DNA of 64,000 nt from assembly GCF_009914755.1 (NCBI RefSeq), contig NC_060929.1; one strand, 5' to 3'. Below the pieces are notes generated by a model. The model saw only the letters and a list, made by a program, of their open reading frames with translations, was not told the origin of the DNA and made no database searches. The position numbers and the translations under genes were made by a program. Below, in pieces: positions 12,830 through 26,650 of the stretch (position 1 is its first letter; every line of letters starts with the position of its first letter). This DNA comes from the human T2T-CHM13v2.0 reference genome, Homo sapiens.

Positions 12830-15800
12830 GTTTTTTAAAATCCATTTAGCCATTCTTTTAACTGGAGAATTTAGTCTATTTACATTGTAGATTATTATTG
12901 ATAGGTATGGAGTTATTTCTGCAATTTTGTTTATTATTTTCTAGTGTTTTTTTTGTGGATAATTCGTTCCCTTCTTCCTTTGTGCTTTGATAGCTTTCTA
13001 TAGTAGAGTGCTTTTTATTCTTTTCTGTTTCTCTTTTGTATATTTATTATAGTCTTTTGTTTTGTGGTTACCCTAAGGTTTGCATAAAACATCTTATACT
13101 TCTAACAGTTTACTTTAAGCTGGTAGCAGCTTAATTTTGATTACATACACAAACGACACTGTTGCTCTCCCTCTTTATATGTTTTATGTTTTTGATGTCA
13201 CACTTTATATGTTTTTATAATATGCATCCCTTAGCAAATCATTGTAGTTTTAGTTGTTCTTAGTAGTTTTGGCTTTTGACCTTTATACTGGAGATATAAT
13301 TGATTTATCCAGCGGCACTATAGCATTAGAGTGTTTTGAATTTGACAGTGTACTTAATTTTACCAATGAATTTTGTACTTTTAAATGTTTTTAAGTTACT
13401 AATTAGTGTCCTCTTTCTTATGCTTGAAGAACTTCTTTAGCCTTTTTTGTAATGCGTGGTGATAAACTCTCTCAGCTTTGGTTTCTCTGAGAAAGTTTTC
13501 ATCACCTCTTCATTGTTGAATTCCTCTGCGGAATTATTCAATTCAGATATAGCACTCTTCAGATGTATGATTTCCATGTGGCACTTTAAAAAAAACTTTC
13601 TGTCTCTTCATTGAAATTCTCAGCTTGTTCTTGCATTACTATTGCCACTTCTATGAGCATCTTTCAACCATTATTTTGAATTCCCTGTCAGATAAATCAC
13701 AAAACACTACTTTATTTAGGTTAGTTTCTGGAGATTTATCTTGTTTATTTGTTTGGAATATATTCCCTTGTTTCTTCATTCTCCTTGAATATCTGTGTTG
13801 ATTTATGCACACTTGATAAGACAACTACCTCTCTCCTTCTTGTTAGACTGGTCTTATATATGAGAATGTTTTCATGAACCCATTTGGACAGAGATTTTAA
13901 GGTTCCTCTCAAATCTTTGTGTTTGTCCAAACTGTTATCGCTGTTTTTGGTGAGCCCCTGAAGCTTATTATGTGCCTTGTCTGGTCAGTACCTGGAGACC
14001 AATGTAATAGGAGCCAGACTCTTAAGTTGTAGCTGTTATGGTTGGGGTGTTGAATGTGTGTTCTAGTTCCTTCTATCTTCATGATGCGGCTGGGTGTGGG
14101 CATTTACTTTTTACTTTTTCTGTACTGGGACAGGGAGAGGAACTATGGAAAATGCCCATTCTCATGTTCATGCTGTACCTTTTGATCCAAAAGGGATAGC
14201 TGCTGGAAGTGGGCTTATTATATGTCCACCTGCTTGTTTTCTGTGTTCTCCGGTTATTTAGGATCACAAAGCCCCCTTGACTTTCATGGCTAAGTTGTTA
14301 AGGAGACAGTCCCTTAGGTAGGAGCTATGGAGGTTGTGGAGCTTGGTGCATCGCCAAATTTATTCCAGAAAAAAAAAAAAAAAAAAAAAGGATAGGCCTG
14401 GATTTATCTCTGGGGTGAGCTGGAGGAATGTTGCATGAAGTGAACTCTGGTTTCAGCTTCCAAAAGGCTATTATTGTTTGCCCTGTTAATTCCCCACTGT
14501 AAGTTCATTGGAAACCAGGCTATCAATTAGCCACTGGAGATGTGTGCCTAAGCCTCTGCTACGAGATAGTGAGAGCTGCATGTTCCTGCCCCATTTCTGC
14601 ACTGCTCTGAGTGGGTCTAGGCCCTGGAAATGTTTGAATGCCTGTTAAAAATCACCTCTTTTTTCTTTGGTCAAGGGAGACTCTTATATGCCTCTGCTCT
14701 CAGAGCTAGTAGGTTTAGGGTGGAGTCCTTCTGCAGATAGCTCTAAAAACTGGGGCTTTTAATGTGTGTCCGAAACCTCTTCGGGGGATAAACAGGGATC
14801 TGCATTTTTTTAAAGCCTCTTCTTTGTACCACTCCAGGGGATGAAGTCCCTGGAGGTGCTCGTGTGCCCACTTAAAAGTGCTTCTTTTTACTATGGTCTA
14901 GAGAGATATATGTGCTAGTTCCCTCTGCTTTTGGAGCTAGGAGATTTAGGATGCAGTTCCTTAGGTAGATGTTGTAAGAGCTGCGGTGCTTGGTGTGAGT
15001 ACAGACACTTTCTAGGCTGGCAGCAGTTTATTAATTGACTTTCCCATTAATTCCTTGATACTAAGTTAGTCAGAAACCAGGTTAGTAGGTAGACCCTCGA
15101 GTTGTGTTTCATAAACCCCTCTGGGGCTGGAGGGAGGGTGGAAAGAGAGCATCATACGTTTCTTTTTAAGTCCTTTTTCTATACTGGCCCAAGGGGTTTG
15201 AAGTTCCTGGAAGTGCTTGTGTGCCCAAATAAAACTACAGCCTTTTCCATTACATATAGGTGTCTTTCTAGATACACAGGTCTACTCCCCTCTGCTCCCA
15301 TAGTTGGTGAATTTAAAGCCAAACTATGGGGAAATTTAGGATTAGGGCCCTCTATGTGGGATCCAGACCCTCCTCTCTAAAAGGAGAAGCTGGATGTTGG
15401 GGATTTCTTTCCCAGTTTTATGGTACACTGCCTGGGATAGGATCTGTGCCCGAATTTATCTCAGCTTTTTCTATTCATTAAATGTAGATGTTTTCTCAGT
15501 TGCTCAGTAGGCTGAAAGTCTTTCAGTTGGTCTCTGACTTCCTCTCAGAGGTAACTGATCTGTAGACAGATGTTTATTCGGTGCATTTGAATCAGGAGTT
15601 TCCTATTCCACCATGTTTCTGACATTACTCTGGCTTGGTGTCTTTTGTCAGCTTTAGAAAAGTATTGGTCATTGTTTTTTCAAATATTGATTCTATCCTG
15701 CTCTTTGTCTTTTCATTTTCTGGGAATTTCATTACATGTATATTAGACTTTTCCCTGTATTAGAGTTTTTCACTTTTCCCTGTGTTAGAGTTTTTCTCAT

Positions 15801-18800
15801 GTTCTTTTGCATAATTTCAATTCACTTTTAGTTCTCTGTGCTTTAGGCTAAATATTTTCTGGTGATATACTTTATTTATTAAAATTCTTAGTTTTTGTTC
15901 TTTACCCATTTCCCTTTTATATTGTAAATCAGTTAGGGATGTATTTTTATCTACTGTGTAAATATGTTTCTCTCCACTCCGTTGTCAGATACTTAAACGT
16001 AGTATTCCCTCATTGCACCTAGTTCATTCAGTGTCTTGAAAGTAACAGGAATGCTGTAATTTTTTAAACTACTTAAATTAATGAATACAATTTATATCTA
16101 TGCCTCATATTGTTTGCTGATGGACGATTATGTAATATACCTTGAAAGTACATTACTGCATTGGTTATACATTTTGACATATACAAAAATGCCCAAACTA
16201 GTGTTGAACATGTTGTAGTTATATACTAAACAGGACTATAATAAACTATTGATATAATTAGGAAATAGTTGTCTGAAATTATCTACGTGATTTTTACTGG
16301 TTAACACTCTGCTTCATGAAACCCATTTTCAAGATCGTTATCTAAAGGTAGTTGTTAGCTTGTTCTCCGGTTGGTATTATTTCAGCTGCAAGTAACTAAC
16401 ACTCAATTATAGGTAATAATAAAGATTTTATTATCTCACATAACAAGTTTGAACATGAAGGATTTTCATAGTTGGATAATTCATTATCTCTATAATGTCA
16501 TCATGCACTCAAGTTCTTTTTCTATTCTGTTCTACTCAGGCTTTTTCTCTCATGAGAAAAAAATGTAACATTGCAGACATTCTTGAAGCTCATATTCATC
16601 ATAGGTTTATACAGATTTCTTCTCAGGGATTCGTAAAGAATTATCCCACTTGTGATAATCCTGAAACCATCACTTGTAGGGAGGATAGCGTACCTTCAGT
16701 GACTTCCTTAGACAAATGAAGGTGTCCTCTCTGAGAATGAACAAAAATGGTTTTCTTTAAGGGGAGGAGGAATGTCCTCTGGCTAGACTTGGAAAAAAGT
16801 AAAACCAAGGGTAATTCCCTGAAAAACTTCTATTTTCTGTACCAGTGTCATGCTTGGAAAATTGTTGATTAACCAAGTAATGTCTTAGGAAAGAAACTAG
16901 GTATCTATATTTTAAAACTATGCATTTCCTTTATTTATTAAAATGTTATTTATTTAGTTTTCATCCTGTGACAATATAAATAACATATAACAATCTTTAC
17001 AATAAAGTAAATTCATTTTTTCAAAATTTTGAATGTATGTGGTAGACTAAACTTTGATTTCAAATCGAATTTTCACATTGTGATACTACTTTTACATAAG
17101 GCATCTAGATTATGAATTACTTGCAGGAAAAACCATGTGTCCTTGTGCCTCCAGAGTTTCTTTCTAGGGTCCCACTTGTGTAAAGGTTTTAATGAGGTAG
17201 ATTTAGATCTCTAAGCCAACACTTGAAAAAGAATGAATATTTTCAAGAATTACTATTATAAGTTCAGTACTGCTCAGTTCATGAAAAATTTGAGTTCACA
17301 CCTAGGATTTTAAAAGTTGGCCATTAATTAATGATTATTCATTTACAATGGTCACCCAGGTCTCTAAACATTATTTTGAAGATTGTTGTGTTTCTTTATT
17401 TGCACTTAAACAAAAATACCATCTGATAGTTACATGCAACATGTAAACCTTGGTGGTAAATTTTATTCACTAAAAAAACAATTATTCCATTATGTTCTAA
17501 ACTTAGGTAGAGTGTACCGGATACTGATTTCAAGTAGAAACTCACTTTACCAGTTTTGGCAACATTTTCTTCCATAAGGCCCTTAGTGATATCCCGCTTT
17601 CCTTTTTATTTTAAACATTGTACTGTCTCCTTTTTCGATTAAGAAGTAATCAGAGGTGATGCTCCTTACGATCCCTGTATCTGCAATATAGAATCTCTGT
17701 GTGTCAATAATGGCCAAATATTGGCACTATCATGTGTTTCAACCTAATATTTATAGTTCCTGTGGTGCAGAGAAACAGGACCCAGTTCCATTTGGAGACT
17801 TGTTGAATGCGGGTTAGCATCATAACTAACTCCTACCAAAAGACGAATAAAATGAACAGAAACAACTCTAGAATTTAAACGCTATAGACTTTCCACTTCT
17901 CTTGATATAAAGTTCCACTACTTATTACTGGAGGTAGTTTTTGTGGTATTGGCAAGGAACTGGAAATGGTTTGTGATATGAACAACAAAAAATTGTGTGA
18001 GCTGGACTTGAGTTTTGGGGCACTGATGTATGCCATGATCCTCTCAGGCATTGTGCTGGCAGGTATTATGATGACTGCAAGGTACATTAACTAACATGAT
18101 GCCAGTCAGCCTGAACTCTTTCTTTAATATATCGCCTTGGCAATCCTAAGATGATTAAAATTTCTGCAGCCAGTAACAGTGACAGTGGTGATGGAGGATC
18201 AGGGATGGTATCTAGTATTGTTAACTCAAAGACCAATGACGGGTTGTGAAGAAGATGCTATCCACCCTGCTCTGAATGCATTTCCAGTGGTTCTTATTTT
18301 GGGGGGAAAAAAAGGTTAAAATTGAGTAGAAATAGGAAGATAAATTTGAACTAGAGAAATATCTTCAGAGAAATTATGCTCATTCCATTAAAACTTTATT
18401 CCAGGAGACAAAATGTTTAAACTTTTTTTTTTTTTTTTTTTTTTGCTAAAGATGACTTTTATGACCAAATACATTTGGAAAACACCGAGTTAATAAAAAC
18501 TAAACAGGTTTATTCTAAACTGTTTGGTCTTTAATATGGTAGTTGATATGCAGTTTCAGTCTCATTAAATACTGCATGCACCATTTTGCACAGTTGAATG
18601 TTTGCATTATTAGAAAGTTAATTTATTTTCAACAGATCATGAGATTATTGAAAATTAAATAAAGTGTGAAACAATATTTGATATATTTTACTTTTTAATT
18701 TGTGCTTCTATACTAGAATTAATTTTGTTGATATTAAATTATGTCTCCAATAAACAGTGTCTACTGAAATAGAGGCCCCCTTCCATTGCTCTGTGCATTT

Positions 18801-21800
18801 ATCTTTTCTGTCTATTTTATCTTTTCTTTTTATTGGTTATTCTCTTCCATAGTAACATTTGCAGCATGTTTGATTTGGAAGTGCAGCATTCTGAAGTTAG
18901 GTAATATATTTTACCATAACAATTTTAATGGTTTCAAGTTACAAGAGATTTAAAAGATAATAAGCAATTTTACCTCTCCTAATAAACTTTTGCCCCTTTC
19001 TTATTAAGAAACAAATTTCAAAGACTAATTAATGTGATCTTCCTTTTGAAAAATCTGAAGGTTGTTTTTCAAGATTTTTCAACTACATAGCAAACCTACA
19101 CAGGCGTTCTATCTCTGATATATTATCACATAGCTTTCCAAAGTGAAAGAAAATTAGGCTTTGCCACCACTGGAATCCACACTCACGTAAATAATTTCTT
19201 TATGGCATGATATGTGTGAAGTATTATGTAGTTATCATTTCTGTTACAAAGGAGATTGTAAATAATGAATTATTTCTTTTTAAAATTTAATTTTTTTAAC
19301 TGACAGTCTTTCTTTTATGCTTTTTTACAACTTAAACAAAAATAGCATCTGATAGTTACATGGAGAGCTTCCTATAGACATGCTGTCAGTTGGAAAGCAT
19401 TTATATTCAAAAACAAGTTTTTATAGCATATGTTACAAGGAGTGTGATTGGCACCTAGGTCCCTTGGCAACTCAGAATAAGAAATGAATTGATTTATAAA
19501 CATAAATGAAGATGGTGCACTTTATTAACATCTCTCTATTCATTTCATGTTTATGTAGGGGCCAAAAATTAAAAACTTTAACTAAATCTATGTTCTCTTG
19601 TAGAAGAAAAATGTGACATCTCTTGAACTACTAGTTCTTTGTAATTCTAAACAGGAAAAATTACCCTCTTATAAGAATTCATTTTTTTTTTGCATAGGGT
19701 TGCTCGTGTCTTATGCTGCCTGCTTGTTTAAAACTCACGTAAATGATTACAGCCCACTGAAGGTAGAAGTCATACTTCTGATTTCAGTGTCAGGATTATG
19801 AAAGTAAAATACGTAAAATACATGTCTGTAAGGAGAGGCAGCATAGCCTATTTTAGTGGAAAAGATTTAGACTGTGAGCTGAGAGCTCATGTCTAATCTT
19901 CTGTTTATTATTATGAATAATGATACTCATCTTTTTCCTATATGTCAGGCAGGGATTCTGGAAGCTGTATATATGTGAAAGTATTTGCATCCTATGGAGC
20001 ACACAGACTAGTATTATTCTTACCAATGTTGCTCATTACAGTAGGAATTTAAAGATCCCAGAGAACTTTTAGATTCCATTTTCTGGGTTTCCCATATTTC
20101 ATATTTTTGTTTTCTGTGTTCTAAAAGGCAGTTGAGTTTATTTAGCGTTAATTCTGCATCACCAAGCCCAGTGCTGTGCACACAGTAGGATTTTTAATGT
20201 TTGTTTATCAAGTGGTGAATGAATGCTTTGCAGTACAACTGAATAATTGAGACAAATACAGTAAATGGAGTTTAAGTTGAATGATTCTTTTTAAATCATT
20301 TTATCTGCCATGTTTAAATACCATTAGTAAAATGTTGACACATTTGGACTCTTATCGTTATTATCTGGCATAACATCAGGACTACCTAAGAGTTTATTTT
20401 AGCACTGTCACATTGCTAAACAAAGCTCATCAGTTATTACTTTAATTTGGCACAATTTCCTACCTATTTCAGAAGGATAAAGTATGGTTTATGCTAGTTG
20501 TTTGTCTCCAACCTTCATAACACTTATTTAAACATTGCGTTATATCCAAATTAGCCTAAAAAGACTCCATTCATTCACTGTTCTTTGGCTGGTGTGCCCC
20601 TTACTCACTGATTCATTGACTGTGGTTGATTATAAACTGCCAGTGAGATCCATTTCTATGGATTTGTCATTTGTTACAGTTTAAATGCATCACAATTCCC
20701 TCTGCTATTGGACTTTATAATGTGTAATACGGTGTTTTTAATGACCTTCCCTGCAAAATACACTCCCTTGATCTCAGGTCAGCCTAGTTTAAATCTGTTT
20801 TGTTGGACATTACCCCCAAGAAAATTTGTGTCCCTCGTTATTCTTCTCTTTCCATGAAACCATATCCTGCAATATTTTGAAAGCCAGAGTGCAAAATAAT
20901 TGTGTCTCTATAAAATATTTTCAGAAAGATAAACAGCCACAATATTTTACATTAGCCTCTTCACCAAAATCACCTTTTACAAAAATTTTCTTCATTCCTA
21001 ATAAATCGTGTAAAGTTCCACAAAGCCACCCTTTTAGTTAGTTGTGTACTGGCCTGTTTGTGAACCCCTTAAGAAAAAGGATAAAACCACTTTTGCTTCC
21101 CACCATCATCACAGTTCTTTATACTTAACAACTTTAAAGAGCAGCCAACAATTTTCATCAAATCAAATTGCCCTAATACTTCCATAAAAGATTTATAAAA
21201 AATTATTTCTGGGACTGCTCCACAAAGGTCTTTAGGAAGACTGTTGCTTAAAGCCAAAAAACTACAAGAGCAGGAGCATAGCTGTCTTGCAGTTTTCAGA
21301 CCAAGTAAAAGAGTAGGCATTAGAGCATTGAGACTTTCACCTGAAACTGCTTGTTTAGTTTGTGATGAAGAACTAAATACTGTGAAATTTTGTCCAAATT
21401 CTTCTAGATATCCTCCTATCTCTCTTCCAAAAAAATATCTAAATTAGGATGACTGGATCATTGTCATTAAATCTTGTTCAAGAGCAAAGCTATTAAATCT
21501 TGTAAATTTCTGGTCAAAAAAAATAATGGGAAAGTGAACTAACATTGACTTTATGCTGTTATTTTGAGATTCTGTGCAGCTAGTTGCTTTATATAATTTA
21601 TCTCATTTCATCTTGACCACAATTAATATTAGGCCTTCATGGCTCTCATTTCAAGAAAGGTTAAGTAATTCGTGCAAGGTTACACAACTAGCAAGAGGAA
21701 CAGCCATACTTCGAACCCATTTATGACTGACAAAAAAGCCCATGCTATTTAATTACCCACTCTGTTATTTGTGCTCTTTTACCTTCAATTAATAACTAGA

Positions 21801-22223
21801 CTTGGTTGTTAAATGAATCTTAACCATTTTTTATGGGTGAACTGACAAGAGTTAATGTAAAGAATATTGAAGCCAAAAACTAAGTTGTCAATTATCATAC
21901 TGGAAAATAAATAGTAATGCGGTCATCATTTAAAAGTCAGCTGGATGCACAGAAAGGATCAATCTGTAAAGAAACTTTCATAGTTTAATATGTCTGATGT
22001 CAATATAAATCCTACTTATTTCTCCAGCTTTGACTTGGATAACCACATCTTCTGTGGCTGGCTGTGCAGTAGGCAAATGGAAGTACCCTTGATTCTGACT
22101 TTTCTCTGGAAGTGAATCCAGAGAGAAAATAAGCAGCTTTTCTATTCTTCCTCATCTTTAGGCACCCTAGAGGAGGTTGCTGATGTTAATAATCAACTAT
22201 ATCACTTTTGAAGACTTAGTTTA

Positions 22224-22683
<460 letters not shown>

Positions 22684-23124
22684 GAATTCTAGCTATCAAC
22701 AACAATCACCGAGTGATAGACAGCACAGTTATTTACAGCACTATGGAGATCTAGGGTTTAGTTTTAGTTCTACCAATACCTTTGCTCACGAATACAGGCG
22801 TTTTATACGAACATCTCTAAATCTCACTTTTTTAATCTGTGAAATTTAAGGAGAAAATTAGGTAATCTGCAAAATTCTATCAGCTCTACATTTACAGTTT
22901 TCCAGCACATTTAAGGCCTACCTTTTGCTTTATAATGAGGTCAGGGAAAGTCTACAATGTGCCAGGAGGTGAATGTGTAATGCTGTCTGATGGAAGTATA
23001 TTCCTAAGTTTTCCTCCACCTATTGCCATCCGAATAATTTTGAAAGGAATTATATAAGTGGCTTACTGCTGAAATCACAAGCTTTATCTTTTTCCATCTG
23101 ATTTTTCATAATATGCATTCTTAT

Positions 23125-23321
23125 TTATTTACTTATTTATTCATTCATTTATTCACTCACTCATTTATTTAATTTTAGACATGAGGTCTCACTATGTTGC
23201 CCAGGCTGGAGTGCAGTGGCTGGTCACAGTAAAATCATACCACAGTACAGCCTCGAACTCCTGGGTTCAACAATCCTCCCATTTAACCTCCCTACCACAG
23301 ATGTACTCTATTGTGCCCAGC
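23125..23321 (-). mobile_element. Alu monomer (FRAM/FAM-like) with (TTTA/TTCA)n tail
   Basis: gaggtctcactatgttgcccaggctggagtgcagtggct...cctcgaactcctggg. Confidence 0.75.
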
Positions 23322-23814
23322 TTCTTCTATCTGATTTTTGAGAGGTCCTATAGTATTCGATAATTCTGCTTATCAGGGAGGATAATCTAGAAATGTAATC
23401 AGAAGGAAACTTATGCTGGTTATGAAGTCATCCAGCTTGAGATAGAACATTTCTCCTATGTCACAGGATAATGTATGATTTACCTTGTTTATATTGCTAA
23501 GGGATTGAGGGGACTATACTATATTAATCTCAAGCTTTGGAGTCTGACTTCACTAAAGGTATGTAATTTGACATTTAAAAAAAAATTTTAAGCCTTAGTT
23601 GTCTCAATTATAAAATAGACTATAGGTTTAAAGAGGTTTAAGTTAATCCTCTTTAAATAGATATATTTGTATATGATGTAGAATATATATTATTAAATAT
23701 ACATATAATTTAATATGGTATCTATCACATACTTAAACATTAGCTTTTATCGCATTAATATTATTATTATTTTTATTGATAGTGGCATTGGTAATGGTAA
23801 AAAGTAACACTGTT

Positions 23815-24135
<321 letters not shown>

Positions 24136-24148
24136 AGTACCACTGTTC

Positions 24149-26650
24149 TCAGGGATGCAAGGATGTTTCAACATATGCAAATCAATAAATGTGGTATGTT
24201 GTATCAACAAAAATGGCCAAAAATCATATAATCACTTCCACAGATGCCAAAAAAGCATTTAATAAAATTCATTATATTTTCATAATAAAAAATATCTCAA
24301 CAAACTAGGTATAGAAGGAATATACCTTAACGTGACAAAGGTCATGTATGACAAACCCACAGCTGGTATCATACTGAACGGGAAAAAAACAAAAGTCTTT
24401 TCTTTAAGATCTGGAACAAAAAAGGATGCCCACTTTTATGACTTTTACTCACAATGTTTATTCCTGGCAAGGGAGTCCTAGGCAGAGCAATTAGGCAAGG
24501 GAAAGAAATTAAGGGCATTAAATTTGGAAAGGAAGAAGTTAAATTAGCCTTGTTTGCATGAGATATGATTTTATATTTAGAAAAACTTGTAGATTCCACC
24601 AAAAAACTATTAGAACTGATAAATTCAGGAAAGTTGCAAGATATATAATCAATATGCAAAAATCAGTAATATATTTATATGTTAACAGTGAAAGATCTAA
24701 AAAAGAAACCATGAAAAGAATTACATTTAAGGTAGCTACAAATGAAATAAAATGCTAGGAATAGACCTAACCAAAGAAGTGAAAGATCTCTACAATGAGA
24801 ATTATAAAACATTGATGAAAGAAATTAAAGGGTCCACAAAAAAATGGAAAGATAATCCATGTTCATGGCTTGCGAGAATCAATATTGTTAAAATGGCCAT
24901 AGACCCAAAGCAATCTACAGATTCAATGCAATCCCTATCAAAATACCAATGACATATTCACAGAAATAGAAAAAATAATCCTAAAATGTATGTAGAACCA
25001 CAAAAGACTATCATAGCCAAAGGAATCCTGAGCAAAAAGAACAAAATTGAAGGCAACACATAACCTTACTTCAAATTATACTACAAAATTGTAGTAACCA
25101 AAAGAGCATGGTACTGTCTCATAAAAACAGACACATAAGCCACTGGAACAGAATAGAGAACCCTCAGAAATAAATCCATGCATTTACAGTGAACTCATGT
25201 TTGAAAAGGTCACCAAGAACATACATGGGGAAAAGAACAGTCTCTTTGGTGCTGGGAAAATTGGATATCTATATGCAGAAAAATGAAACTAGAACCCTAT
25301 ATCTCACCATATACAAAAATCAAATCAAAATGGATTAAAGACTTAAATGTGAGATCTCAAACTATGAAACTAGTAGAAGAAAACATTGAAGGGGTGATTC
25401 AGGACATTTGTCTGGGCAAAGATTATTTGCATAAGACCTCAAAAGCACAGGCAACCACAGTAAAAATGGACAAATGGGATCACATCAAACTAAAAAGCTT
25501 CTGCACAGCAAAGGAAAAAAAATCAACAAAGTGAAGAGAACAACCCACAAAATGAGATCAAATATTTACAAATCACCCAGCAAGGGACAAATAACCAGAA
25601 TATATAAGGAGCTCAAACAACTCAATAGGTGAAAAAAAAAAAAATCCATTTTAAAAACAGGTAAAAGATCTGAATAGCAATTTCTCAAAATAAGACATAC
25701 AAATGGCCAAAGGTATATGGAATGATGCTTATCATCACTAATCATTAGAGAAATGCAAATCAAAACTGCAATGAGATATCATCTCACCCCAGTTAAAATG
25801 CCTTTTTTCAAAAAGGCAATAACTGATGCTGGTGAGGATGTGAAGAAAGGAGAACCCTTGTGTAATCTTGGTGGGAATGTAAATTAGTACAGCCTCTATG
25901 AGAGAACAATACAGATGTTCCTCAAAAAACTAAAATAGAACTACCTTGGAATCCAGCAAGCCCACTGCTGGGTATATACCTAAAAGAAAATAAATCAGTA
26001 TATCAAAGTGATACCTTTATTCTCATGCTTATTGCAACACTGTTCACAATAGCCAACACATATATCCAACCTAAGTGTCCATCAATGAATGAATGGATAA
26101 AGAAAATGTGGTACATGTACACAATAGGATATTATGCAGCCATAAACAAGAATGAAATCCTGTCATTTGCAACAGCATGAATGGAACTAGAGGATGTTAT
26201 ATTAAGTGAAATAAGCCAGGCACAGAAAGACAAATACTGCATGTTCTCATTCATATGTGGGAGCTAAAAAAAATGCAAATCAAAGAGCTTATAGAAATAG
26301 AGAGTAGAATGATGGCTACCAGAGGCTGGTAATTATAATGTAGAGGGGGTGATAAAGAGGGGAATAGGGTAGGGTTAAGGGGTTCAAAAATACAATTAAA
26401 TAGGAGAAATAAAATCTAATGTTCAGTAGTACAACAGATAAACTGTAGTTAGGAATGTACTGTATATTTCAAAATAAAAGGGTGGAATTGGAATGTTTCT
26501 CACACAAAGAAGTGATAAATGTTTGAAATCATGGATATCCTTATTACCCTGATTTGATCATTATACATTGTGTGCTCTTTTTTTTACAATAAATATCACA
26601 TGTACCCCATAAATATGTACAACTCTTATGTATCCATAATAAAATAATTT
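24149..26650 (+). mobile_element. 5'-truncated L1MA (ORF2 3' part and 3' UTR)
   Basis: ORF2 remnants [24 protein letters not shown] and [23 protein letters not shown]; L1MA 3' UTR ...aaatatcacatgtaccccataaatatgtac. Confidence 0.92.

Larger units (their letters stand above)
11330..15630 (-). mobile_element. Old L1M: 5' UTR, ORF1 and start of ORF2
   Basis: Antisense ORF2 endonuclease region (ORF 11382-11579 [12 protein letters not shown]; gagaagaatgtgtattctgcagctgttgg) and ORF1 remnants; more GC-rich 5' UTR at 13900-15630. Confidence 0.75.

Noticed and set aside
15747-15796. 25-bp tandem duplication
   Set aside because: Real, but an ordinary slippage event inside an old L1.
18422-18443. Solo poly(T) run (also poly(A) at 14369-14388) as an orphan retro-tail
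   Set aside because: No clear TSD; homopolymer expansion explains it.
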